Part shown: positions 37,701 through 49,402 of the stretch, one piece after another
Position numbering within the stretch: the first letter of the stretch is position 1
How the letters are laid out: every line of letters starts with the position of its first letter
From: Macrostomum hystrix
Lineage: Eukaryota; Animalia; Platyhelminthes
Assembly: GCA_950097015.1 (NCBI GenBank)
Contig: CATNEN010000007.1
Coordinates: forward strand, 11,966,001-12,030,000
Direction of reading: 5' to 3'
Length of the DNA: 64,000 nucleotides
Translations under genes and position numbers: made by a program
Notes under the pieces: model-generated
Database searches by the model: none
What the model saw: the letters and a program-made list of their open reading frames with translations, nothing else
Told to the model about the DNA's origin: nothing

Positions 37701-38619
37701 GCGCCTGTGTCCACTTGCATCTGCAGCTCTTTGCCGTTGATCTTGACGCGCCGGAAGATGCCTTTTCGCTCCTTGTTCTCCGGTCTGATGACGAAGACGT
37801 TGGCGGCATCTGGCTTCGGGGCGGCATCATCGTCCTCCTCCCAGGTCTCCAAGTGCACAGTGCGGGACCTGCAAACGGCTGCGTAGTGGTTTTTCTTGTT
37901 GCAGGTGGTGCACCTTTTGCCGAAGGCGGGGCATGAGCCCTGCTGGTGCGAACCGCCACAGTATTGGCACTTCGTCCTGGTTGTGTGCCTCGGCGATCTG
38001 GTGTCCGGAGGAAGCTGTGGAGGTGCGGCGCGCCGACCTGCATAGGCGATGCTTGACTCGGTGGTGACGGTGGGCCCGGTGCCGGCGTTGTAGTAGCGAA
38101 TCTGCTCCAACTGCTCAAGCTCTTGCAGCACATGTCGATGCCCTGCATCCTCTCCAGCAGTCTGCGCTTGTGGTCCACGGAGGCAAGACCGTCCACGAGC
38201 CTCATGGTGATGAGTTCGTCCTCACAGGTCTGTTTCGAGCCTAGCTTCTCAAAACTGCACGAGGCAGCAGCTGCTCGGAGCCGGCGGTAGTACGATGCGA
38301 CGCCTTCGCTCGGATCCTGCCTGAGGGAGAGGAATTTCACCCTCTCGGCAATGGTGAGGCGCCGCTTGGGCCGAATGGTTGCATCGATGATGTCGCGGAT
38401 CTGTGCGAATGTTTTGGTCTCCAGGCTGTCTGGGGCAGCCATGAGGGTCAGGGTTCTCAGTGCCTTGAGGCCTGCCCTCGAGAGGAATAGATCAGTGATC
38501 TGGTGTTCCTCTTCCGAATCCTTCAGTTTCTTGGTCCGTGCAGCGGCCGCGAAACTGAGCAGCCAGGCTTCGGCTGTGTCTGGATCTTCCAGGTTTAGTT
38601 CAGATGCTTGCGATGCCAT
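34776..38619 (-). pseudogene. Frameshifted gag-pol polyprotein of the LTR element
   Basis: Gag with twin zinc knuckles CQYCGGSH..C / CTTCNKKNH...C, protease VDTGAD, RT WASPIV..RICADYK..LDLSDAYLQ..YQDD, RNase H TDAS..EREALA..TDHRPL, integrase HHCC plus D-D-E (VHMD, SDN, GLAER). Split by frameshifts near 38130, 37190 and 36965. Confidence 0.92.
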
Positions 38620-38909
38620 TGTCAAGCCGTGCTCAGGAGTATAAGGCAAGACTGCCCCGTAGGCTTGGTTTGGGTTAGTAGCGAATTTAGTTTATTAGTC
38701 ACGATGTTTCACGATACACTTGCATATATATATAAGTAGACGAGTCAACAAGGCTTAAAAGTCAACAGGTGTTGAGTACATCATTAATCAATATTCAGGC
38801 TGCGTACATTGGGTCAGAGTGCGGTTGGCGCGCAGGCCTGCAGATCTACCACAGTTCACTTGCTTAACACAGTTCACGGTTCATTCACGGCTCAAACCCC
38901 GGCACGTCA
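38620..38909 (-). repeat. 5' LTR (290 bp)
   Basis: Followed on the - strand by A-TGGCATCGC (PBS-like TGG overlapping the gag ATG). Confidence 0.95.
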
Positions 38910-41900
38910 CTAATCCTTAATGACATCCCGGGTTCACTAATCTCTTAATGACATATTGGGTTCACTAATCTCTTAATGACATCCCGGGTTCACTAATCCC
39001 TTAATGACATCCCGGGTTCACTAATCCCTTAATGACATCCCGGGTTCACTAATCTCTTAATGACATATTGGGTTCACTAATCCTTAATGACATCCCGGGT
39101 TCACTAATCCTTAATGACATCCCGGGTTCACTAATCCTTAATGACATCCCGGGTTCACTAATCCTTAATGACATCCCGGGTTCACTAATCCCTTAATGAT
39201 CTCGCGGATTCCATAATCCCTTATTGACATCCCGGGTTCACTAATCTCTTAATGACATCCCGGGTTCACTAATCCTTAATGACATCTCATGTTCATTAAT
39301 CCCTTAATGATCTCGCGGATTCCATAATCCCTTAATGACATCTCGGGTTCACTAATCCCTTAATGATCTCGCGGATTCCATAATCCCTTAATGACATCTC
39401 GGGTTCACTAATCCCTTAATGACATCCCGGGTTCACTAATCTCTTAATGACATATTGGGTTCACTAATCTCTTAATGACATCCCGGGTTCACTAATCCTT
39501 AATGACATCCCAGGTTCACTAATCCTTAATGACATCCCGGGTTCACTAATCCTTAATGACATCCCGGGTTCACTAATCCCTTAATGATCTCGCGGATTCC
39601 ATAATCCCTTATTGACATCCCGGGTTCACTAATCTATTAAATGACCTCTTAGGCACACTAATCCCTTAATTACTTTTCGGATTCACTAATCCCTTAATGA
39701 CATCTTGGGTTCACTAATCCCTAATGACATCTTGGGTTCACTAATCCCTGAATGACATCTCGGGTTCACTAATCCCTATAATGACATCTCGTTTTCACTA
39801 ATCCCTTAATGACATCTCATGTTCACTAATCCCTTAATGAACCTGTGGATTAGGTTCAATAATCCTTTAATGACCCTGAGGATTAGGTTCACTAATCCTT
39901 TAAGGACCAGTCGTGTTCACTCATCATCCAATGACTCTCAGGTTTAGACTCTCAATGACCCTAACGGGCTCAATCACTAACAATGTTCCTGTGTGACTGC
40001 TAGGAGCCAAAGTGTGGCTAAGAAGCTTCGCCGGTGCCAATCTTGGTGCTCAACTGCTCAACAGCCTACTGCTCAGCAGTAGTGCAACCGGCGCATGCAG
40101 CAGGTGGCGCAGCGCCCGCCATTGTTTTCTGTGCTCAGAGATTGCTTCAAGACGGCCATCGATTTTCTCCGAGCTCTCATCGGCCGGGTTGGACAATGCA
40201 CTTTTACAGACAAACCCCACCCAGACAGGGTTCCCAGTTGTTGTTTAAGCAGGAAAACCAGCTCATGACAAGCAGCGACTGTCCCCTCAGCTGTTCGCTC
40301 TCCTGAGCATAGTATTCTAGATCCCGTTGGGAAGTTATCGGGTTTTTCCCCCTACGGAGGCTCCCAGGGAGGGGACACTTGAGTATAGCAGCCATTGAGC
40401 TGCGAAGAGAAGTTCTGCTTCTGCAAAATTTGGGCAGGTGTCTGATGCTTCAGCCGCTGAGTCCGCAGTCCCCGCCAGGAACCCAGCCGAGCGCCGCGCA
40501 CCTGCTTCTCACTTGTTCTCGTGACTTTTTGCTTCACTTTAGCACTCCCTGAGTAGCAGCTCACACGGCTGTCTGGCATGGCTGGTGAAATTTTTACGAA
40601 AGCAAGGAAAATGGGGAAAATTGTCCCAACTGGCTGACGGCTGTCACTCAAATGGGATAAATTTCTCCCCACCTGTATTACTGGCCTGTCGAATCCAGTT
40701 GAAACCAGCATCAGAGCTCCATTATCTCCTGCTCTGGATATTAACTCGCCGGGTGGTGGTCCCGCCATCCCACCCAAGGCAGCTTCAATAGACTCACCTG
40801 CTGCTGCTGCTGCTTCTGCTGCAAGAGAGCGGTCTTCTGCTCCTCTCTGCTAACGGGAAAACACGGCCACTTCCTGCGCTTGATTTCTGCTGCTGCTGCC
40901 GTCTCCGAAGTCCTCGCAGTTGGACCTTCCTGACTATCCGGACTGGCTGGAGACTCGCGCGATCCCCCGTTTGGCTTTAAAGACACACAGAAGCGCCACC
41001 TCAACCTCCGCCTCCCCCTCCGCCTCCCCCAGCTCTTAGCTCCCCATTCTAAAGAAATGCGCCGATTTTCCTTCTCGTGAGTGACTCGGGATTGGGGGCT
41101 GGCAGGGAAGCCCGGGAAGAGCCCAGGACCATGCGGCCGCGGCCTCCGCTGCGTCATCCTGACGGGCCTCTCGATGTCCCGACGGCATCCGAGTGCCGAC
41201 CCTCGACTCGCTGCTTTAATTAAATATGCCGGCAGAGGCGCAGTGAGGGCGAGAGAGGGCGATGGAGATAGCGAGGGCGAGGGCGAGGGCGAGGGCGAGG
41301 GCGAGGGCGCGGGTGGAGGGGGAAACGCGGGAGCGACTTCCAGATTCCAAAGTGCAGCGCAAAAAACACACGCGATGAAGTTTGGGAAGAATTTTGGATC
41401 CGAGAGTGTTGGGAGTCTTGCAGGGAGGGCGGGTGAGATCGACTTGAGCACTCGAGGACGGCGAGGATTCTTGTCAGCACCTGCCCAGCCAGCAAGCCAG
41501 GCAGGCGGCCTTCTTCTAGTAGAATGAGAGGCCGGGGTGACAGAAATTATTGATGCGAATTTGAGATTGTTATTTTCCAGCTTCGACTGTCTCTGGGAGT
41601 CCAGAGGGGCCGGGCCGGGGCTGGTTGGCATTTGCCGGAATTCTTCTGAGCACAGTTTACAAAGTGAGCACATTTCCTGCCGGCGCAGTTCCTTTCTCAA
41701 ATAGTTCATTTACTTTTTTACTTACTTGAGCAGCCTAGCGGTTTGAGCATCATGGCTCAAATAGATAAGCCGGTGTCTTTCAGCTTGTCGCTAAATTTCC
41801 CAATGCTTATTAATTTGAACTGGGCTGTGTGTAATTTCTATTCCATCGCGGCTGCTCTCCTCAGTAGAAGTGCAATTTCCAGGAATTCAAGTGCAGCCCC

Positions 41901-42244
41901 GAAGAGCTGATCACGTGATCCGCAGCATTTTTCGCTATTGCGTGCTGCGGCAAATTATAACAAAAAGAAACCTTTTAACTCGTCAGCGAAAGTCGGTGAC
42001 AGCAGCTGTCAACCTTCTGTAGGATAATAGTTTTTAGCAATCCGAACCCAAATGGACTGCTAATCGTATAAGCCGAGAAAATTATTCTCGTATTTGTTCT
42101 AAATCACTTTTGTTTCTAGAGGATATCGGCGCATTGATTTGTCCTGACAGATTGATGTCAAGATCGGCTGTTTCCAAGGCTGACGAGTGGCATCTGCTGC
42201 GATTCTGGTGCGGTTTTGACTTCTCTACTAGCTCTCTACTTGAC

Positions 42245-42740
42245 GCGATTCTCGCTCAAATTCCTGCTGCGATTCCTGCTGCGATTCTTGCTGCGATTCT
42301 TGCTGCGATTCTGGCTTCCATTTATTTTTGGATTCTCGCTCCGACTCTTGCTGCGATTTTTGTTGCGATTCTTGCTCGGATTCTTTCTGCGATTCTTGCT
42401 CGGATTCTTGCTGCGATTCTTGCTCGGATTCTTTCTGCGATTCTTGCTCGGATTCTTGCTGCGATTCTTGCTCGGATTCTTTCTGCGATTCTTGCTCGGA
42501 TTTTTGCTGCGATTCTTGCTCGGATTCTTACTGCGATTCTTGCTGCGATTCTTGCTGTGATTCTTGCTCGGATTCTTTCTGCGATTCTTGCTCGGATTCT
42601 TTCTGCGATTATTGCTCGGATTCTTGCTGCGATTCTTGCTCGCATTTTACTGCGATTCTTGCTGCGATTTTTGCTGCGATTCTTGCTCCGATTCTTTCTG
42701 CGGTTCTTGCTGCGATTCCTGCTGCGATTATTGCTTCAAT
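42245..42740. repeat. 12 bp minisatellite (GATTCTTGCTGC/GATTCTTGCTCG)
   Basis: Tandem unit seen directly. It explains the ILAA/RFLL/CSDS pseudo-ORFs. Confidence 0.92.
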
Positions 42741-43071
42741 TCTGTCAAACTAGCTCCGTCTCATTCTGCGATTCTTTCCATGTCTCCGGCTGTGACTCTA
42801 TCAGCACCTGCGGCTACTGCTGCGATTTTGATTATTATTTTTTGTATCAGTGAAGATGGGTAATGGAGAAGAGTAGAAGATGCATCGACGCACAAAGATC
42901 ACGCCAATAAGTAATCAATTCTCGCTCAGGAAACTGCCGAACCGCAGCTCACTCGGTGGCTCCAGCACTGGCAGGCAGAATCGGCTTTGATAAAATTTCA
43001 CACTTCCTCCCCTGCTGGCCCCAGGCACTGCCCCACTTTCCACCAACTTGTTCTTTGGCTACGCGAAACCC

Positions 43072-43120
<49 letters not shown>

Positions 43121-43419
43121 TAATCAGTGAGACATCCTTCATCCTCACTTCAGCCGTGCTCTGACAGATCAGCTGAAGGCCCGCCTGCCCTAGCCTCCCG
43201 GCTATAAATGACTTTGAAGTGGCAGCCAGCTAATGACTGCTTTACACCAGTGACTTGCCAATCAACTGACTAAGATTTATTGCAGCCACGCCACCTCCGG
43301 CCCCCACTCTGTCTCCGCTCTTCCGTTGCTGTCGTGGAAAAAACGCACCTCGCGGCAGCCTGGAGGCTGCGAGAGAGACAGGGTGAGCTGTGTCAGAGTG
43401 CCTGCTCCGACCCATGCTC

Positions 43420-43626
43420 CGGGCTTGCTCAGCTATACTTAACAAAGACCTCAGGGCTTGCTCAGCTATACTTAAAAAAAACCTCAGGGCTTGCTCAGCT
43501 ATACTTAACAAAAACCTCAGGGCTTGCTCAGCTATACTTAACAAAAACCTCAGGGCTTGCTCAGCTATACTTAACAAAAACCTCAGGGCTTGCTCAGCTA
43601 TACTTAACACAAACCTCAGGGCTTGC
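43420..43626. repeat. 33 bp minisatellite (GGGCTTGCTCAGCTATACTTAACAAAAACCTCA), about 6 copies
   Basis: Tandem unit seen directly. Confidence 0.93.
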
Positions 43627-43694
43627 TAGCATTCTGGACACTGCAGAGCACACAGCGATGGATGGCAGTCATTGTAAAGCATATGCTTTTTAAC

Positions 43695-43950
43695 TTTCAG
43701 TGTGTCTAAAATCACATTTTTAACTTCCATTGGCTTAAAAGTAACATTTTCGACTTCAATTGCGTCGAAAATCACATGTTTAACTTCCATTGCGTCGAAA
43801 ATCACATGTTTAACTTCCATTGCGTCGAAAATCACATGTTTAAGTTATATTTGTGCCGAAAATACGTCTTTGACTTCCATTGTGTCGATAAATCACATCA
43901 TCATGTTCCAGTGTGTCTAAAATCACATCTTCGAGTCCCATTTTGTCGAA
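43695..43950. repeat. Degenerate 30 bp tandem repeat (AATCACATGTTTAACTTCCATTGCGTCGAA)
   Basis: Two near-perfect and several decayed copies. Confidence 0.8.
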
Positions 43951-45749
43951 AATTGCCTTATTCATTTTCAGTATTTCAGCGCTAAGTTTTCTGTGAATGA
44001 ACTGCAGTAATTTGGGGTAGAAAATTTTCCCTGTGGGAAAATTCGATTACAATCAAACTGAAATTCGTTTGTGTTTTTACGTTTTAAACCACAAAAAAAA
44101 ATTTTGAAAATGCGCGCAGAGTTCTACTTTGAGTAGTTGAGTAAGAAAATTGATCGTCTTGCACTAACTGGTGCACTGAATATTTTTTTCTCAAGTTAAT
44201 TTATTTTACTGGCTTGTTCACAACTTCAATCACATAAAATTGTGGCGCCTTTTTGCCTGACGAAACTTTTCTCACACTTTAGTTTTTAACAGTAGAAAGA
44301 CTGCGCCAGGTCCCCCAGGTATTTCAAATACCCGCTGCCCACTTCACGACAGCTCCCAAACCGGCATGATTACATGATGAAATTTCGAGAGCGGAAAAAT
44401 ATGCCTATATTGGTGATTTTTGTCACCAGACATTCCGACGAGAATCATTGAATATCTCGACGATGCCGATATGTTGTGATTCTGGAAGTTTTTTCATCGG
44501 ATGGAGCGGAAAATTTTAACTCGTGGTTGAATATTTAAGGACATACAGAAAAAATGTGTGTTTAAAACAGGCCCGCGGTATTTCAGTTAGTGCAATCAGA
44601 TATGGTGCTTCCGTGATCTCTGAAAGTTGCATTCCAAATAACCAGGAAGTAAAGGCCTAAACTAAGTTACGAGGGCTCAATTTATGCAGAGTTTAAGTGG
44701 CCATTTAGAGCGGGTATCCAATGCGCTGCCCCTACAAGCAACAATGGATTCGATTTCGTCGGCTGTTGTCAAATTGTTTGCAAGAATTTTTGTTGCAACT
44801 TTTTTCACTCACCGAATCGCTGAGTATAGATTCAACGGTTGTCTCCGATATTGAACTGGGAAATGAAGCGATGCGTGGATATGTTTTATTCATTGCCGCA
44901 TAGCATTGGGAACAGGATCCAGCCTTCCCTGTGCAATCCGATGCCCGGTTGCCATGCCGGATAGAGCCAGGTTGGAGTGGGCAAAAATTCGATTAACAAA
45001 ATCCTACCGCGCCAATTAATTGTCGCCGCCGCGGAGAGAGAGAAAGTGGCGCGGGGCGGGGTCAGTTTGCTTGTCTGAATGACAAGCCGTCAGTTCTCCT
45101 GTCTCCGGGCCAGCGCATCCTCAACATCCCCAGAATCATCCCCGCAATTCCTGGCCGGGGATTGAATTATGAAAACTGGCGCCCCGCACAGCCTCCGCCC
45201 CCTTGTCTCCACCAATTTGTATCGGGCCGCTACGGTGTCCGAGTATCCGAGGCCGTCACAAACAGTTGAATTTGTGAGGCTGTGCTGTACGGTGTATTAT
45301 ATTTCAGAGAATGAGTTTTCTCCTATTTTCAGTGGACTGCGCGACATTGAAATTGCCTGCTCGCTGCTTCCTTAAATTTAATCGCTTTTATACAGTGGGC
45401 ACTTGCGCAATCCACACCAGTCCGGGCCATAGACAGCGAGGCAGCGGGCGGCAATATATCACCCGAGTGCTCTGAGGGTCAGCGCGGAGGCTTTGCTTTG
45501 CAGTCGAGCCCTCAATCTGAAGAACTCCGCTGGTTTTTATGGGGCCGGCATCCACTGAAGATTCAACAGCCCCCATGAATGCTGCTCCTGTATGTCAGTC
45601 ACCATTGCATAAGCAAGCACTGTCAGTGTGCAAACAATGTCTAATTCTGTTGCTAGCCAACTCTGTGTGGGTCCGAATCTACGTGTTTGTGAAATTTTTA
45701 ATAAATTGATCTCATCCCTAGCTAGTGTACCATAGGATGTCTCAGACGA

Positions 45750-47107
45750 TTCTGATCCCATCTCTGATCTAGTCTGATCCCATATCTCATCTAGTCTGAT
45801 CCCATCTCTCATCTAGTCTGATCTCATCTCTGATCTAGTCTGATCCCATCTCTCATCTAGTCTGATCCCATCTCGGATCTAGTCTGATCACATCTCCGAT
45901 CTAGTCTGATCCCATCTCTGATCTAGTCTGATCCCATCTCTAATCTAGTCTGATCCCATATCTCATCTAGTCTGATCCCATCTCTCATCTAGTCTGATCT
46001 CATCTCGGATCTAGTCTGATCCCATCTCTGATCTAGTCTGATCCCATCTCTGATCTAGTCTGATCACATCTCTGATCTAGTCTGATCCCATCTCTAATAT
46101 AGTCTGATCCCATATCTGATCTAGTCTGATCCCATCTCCGATCTAGTCTGATCCCATCTCTGATCTAGTCTGATCCCATCTCCGATCTAGTCTGATCCCA
46201 TCTCCAATCTAGTCTGATCCCATCTCCAATCTAGTCTGATCCCATCTCTGATCTAGTCTGATCCCATCTCTAATATAGTCTGATCCCATCTCTGATCTAG
46301 TCTGATCCCATCTCTGATCTAGTCTGATCCCATCTCTCATCTAGTCTGATCTCATCTCTGATCTAGTCTGATCCCATCTCTGATCTAGTCTGATCACATC
46401 TCCGATCTAGTCTGATCCCATCTCTAATATAGTCTGATCCCATCTCTGATCTAGTCTGATCCCATCTCTCATCTAGTCTGATCCCATCTCTGGTCTAGTC
46501 TGATCCCATCTCTCATCTAGTCTGATCCCATCTCGGATCTAGTCTGATCCCATCTCTGATCTAGTCTGATCCCATCTCTAATCTAGTCTGATCCCATATC
46601 TCATCTAGTCTGATCCCATCTCGGATCTAGTCTGATCCCATCTCTGATCTAGTCTGATCCCATCTCTGATCTAGTCTGATCCCATATCTCATCTAGTCTG
46701 ATCCCATCTCTGATCTAGTCTGATCCCATCTCTGATCTAGTCTGATCCCATATCTCATCTAGTCTGATCCCATCTCTCATCTAGTCTGATCTCATCTCTG
46801 ATCTAGTCTGATCCCATCTCTGATCTAGTCTGATCCGATATCTCATCTAGTCTGATCCCATCTCTCATCTAGTCTGATCTCATCTCTGATCTAGTCTGAT
46901 CCCATCTCCGATCTAGTCTGATCCCATCTCTCATCTAGTCTGATCCCATCTCTAATATAGTCTGATCCCATCTCGGATCTAGTCTGATCCCATCTCTGAT
47001 CTAGTCTGATCCCATCTCTAATATAGTCTGATCCCATCTCGGATCTAGTCTGATCCCATCTCTAATCTAGTCTGATCCCATATCTGATCTAGTCTGATCC
47101 CATCTCT
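45750..47107. repeat. 22 bp minisatellite (GATCTAGTCTGATCCCATCTCT)
   Basis: About 60 tandem copies. Confidence 0.96.
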
Positions 47108-49370
47108 TAACTATTCTTATCTGAAATCCCACGTCTAGTCCCACTTTTGAGATCATCCACACATCCCATCTCTCATCTCACACCTTCTTTGATCATATAA
47201 TTTTCATGTTTATCCCTAATGAAGAGTTCTAGAATGAGGCAGGGAAGTGAATTGGGAAGATGGGAAATTGGATGATTATGGAATCAGATCACAGACTCTC
47301 ACAGCTCCAGGTGCAACAGGCTCGGGTGTCAAATTTCTTTTTTTAAACATTTTTTTAAGAGGTGCGATTCAGAAAATGCGGCCACTTCAGAGCATCGCAT
47401 TGTGAAGGGCACTGACCCGCACTGGCGGGCAAGCCAATCGCATTCATAATTACTATCATTATATTCCTCATTCCCTATTCTGTTTTAATGCCCAAAAGAA
47501 ATAAGAAAAATCGCGGACAATAACCCGGGCGCGAACCTGGCACCTTCATGCTTCATCGCCCCCCGCCAGCCGGGCTTCGCCCTGGTCCAAGACCGGCGGT
47601 TACGCAATTGCGGGCTGCACCCGGCCGTAGGAGCTGAGGAATCTTCGTGCATCCTTACGCATTCCACGCAATTTAATCAAATAAACAATTCTTAGCAACT
47701 TGCAAAAGAAACTATTTTTCAAATTGACACGAATTGAAGTTGGATGAGAATCTGTGCGAACATTTTACCAATATTCAACTGTTCATTCCTCGGTATCTGA
47801 TAAACAAAAGCAAGCCGTGTTTGTGCACAAGCTGCATGCGCCAAACAAAGCCTCTTCGCTTACTCTTTGTTGCCCGAAGCAATATTCTTCTTCATTCTGT
47901 TTTTACATTTTGTAGCTGTTTGAATGAAGCCGCTGAGACTGCACCGCCAATGCCTGACAAAAACTGCTGCCCCACTTGCCGCTGTCAAAGCAATTGTATT
48001 CTTTACTGCCTGACTTGCCCTTGTATAATTGGAGAATAGACTCTGCTTTCAGTGGCTGCTTTAACTGTCTGCCGGCCAAGAATTTTTGTCAAATGCTCAA
48101 ACTCAGTTATTGAGTCTCGGCAGCTCTCACTTGCGCACAGCAAGCACCACAGAACATTGCTGAGGGGGACCTGAGGGTGCCCCCCCTCCGAGCATTTGCG
48201 AAAGAAACACTACGAGGGGAGGCCCAACCGCCCCGGCGGCGACTTCTGTGGCGGAGGGTGGGGTGGGCGGGCTGGCGGGCCAACGCGATTGGCCGTAGGC
48301 TACACTCGAGTTCTGGTCGAATGGGGTAGGATTCGCCCGGCCAGCCCATATAGCACGGGCCTCGCTGCTGCCCCCTGTCTGTGAAACTGGCCACGCGGCA
48401 AACTTTGCTATCTGTCTGTTTCTGGAGGCACACACAGTCGCAGGCGCACAGATTTTGAGTTCACCTCGCCATCCGGACCAGCTCGCTGATTCTCCGCTTC
48501 TCGCCTGCTCGGCACAACGGACTCGAAGTCTCGGCGCGATGCTGCGTGAGTTTTGCTGGCTTTTGTGTCTTTTTTCGGCTAACAATGCAAAACTGACTGC
48601 GCTGCGTGACAGCGCGTTGCGAGTGCTTTCCAGTTTTGTTATCTAGAAATATTTGCTTTCACTTCTGCTTTTTGCTTTGCATTCTCTTCTATTTTCTGCG
48701 ACCTATTGTCTTCTTAATCATGGGAAAATTATCCCCTCATCAACCCCTTCCCCATCCCGGTTTCGCTGCTCTGCGCTCGAAATCAACGGGCCGCGAAGGC
48801 AGGCGGACCGGCTGCTGCTGCCGCTGCTGCTGCCGCTTGGGGCAGAGAAGAAATTGCGGGCACTGCAAGCCAGCGATGCGGCAAGAAGGCAAAAACTATC
48901 GCTTGCGAGCAGACAGTGGGGATAAGAGATGCGCATGGGATTTTTTTGTTTGCAACAACACGCTCGCGGTGACACTCCCGGCTCACCGTTCCACCGATCC
49001 CGTTACGGGCCTCCGCAACGCTCCAGTGGGCCCGACTCCCGCCTTTGTCTCCTCCACTGTGCGCAGGGGATGCAGCCGAGGTGAGCTGGCAGTGTTTGGG
49101 ATATGGGATGCTGCAAGAGCTTGATCCCTGCATAGCGGCCGACTCGACGCAGCGGCGGGACAATGGCACTCCGCGGTGGGAAGTGCGCGGGCCGCGCAGC
49201 TGGTTTGGAAGCGAAAAATATTTTTTCTGTAGCTGAACGATGAAGCAGCAGCAGCAGCTCACCTCAGAGGCAGTGGCGCTGCCTGCACGGGAACATGCTC
49301 TGGCATCCCCAACTGTTATCCCAATTCGGAACAATGCCGCGCTGCAGACCCGGGCGGGCCGAGGGATCCT

Positions 49371-49402
<32 letters not shown>

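Larger units (their letters stand above)
34489..38909 (-). mobile_element. Full-length Ty3/Gypsy LTR retrotransposon (Mag-like), 4421 bp
   Basis: 290 bp direct repeats at 34489-34778 and 38620-38909 with TG...CA ends. 5 bp TSD CTAAT (34484-34488 and 38910-38914). [15 protein letters not shown] next to the 3' LTR. Domain order Gag-PR-RT-RH-IN. Confidence 0.96.
30308..39880. repeat. Large 26-27 bp satellite (TAATGACATCCCGGGTTCACTAATCC(C/T)) interrupted by an LTR retrotransposon
   Basis: Tandem unit on both sides of 34489-38909, with a 1206 bp internal higher-order duplication. Confidence 0.97.

Noticed and set aside
38100-38140. Programmed gag-pol ribosomal frameshift
   Set aside because: The shift lies within Gag before the zinc knuckles and has no slippery heptamer, so an indel is more likely.
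42110-42863. Membrane-protein-like or metallothionein-like (CSDSCCD) ORFs
   Set aside because: Products of a 12 bp repeat that is open in all frames.
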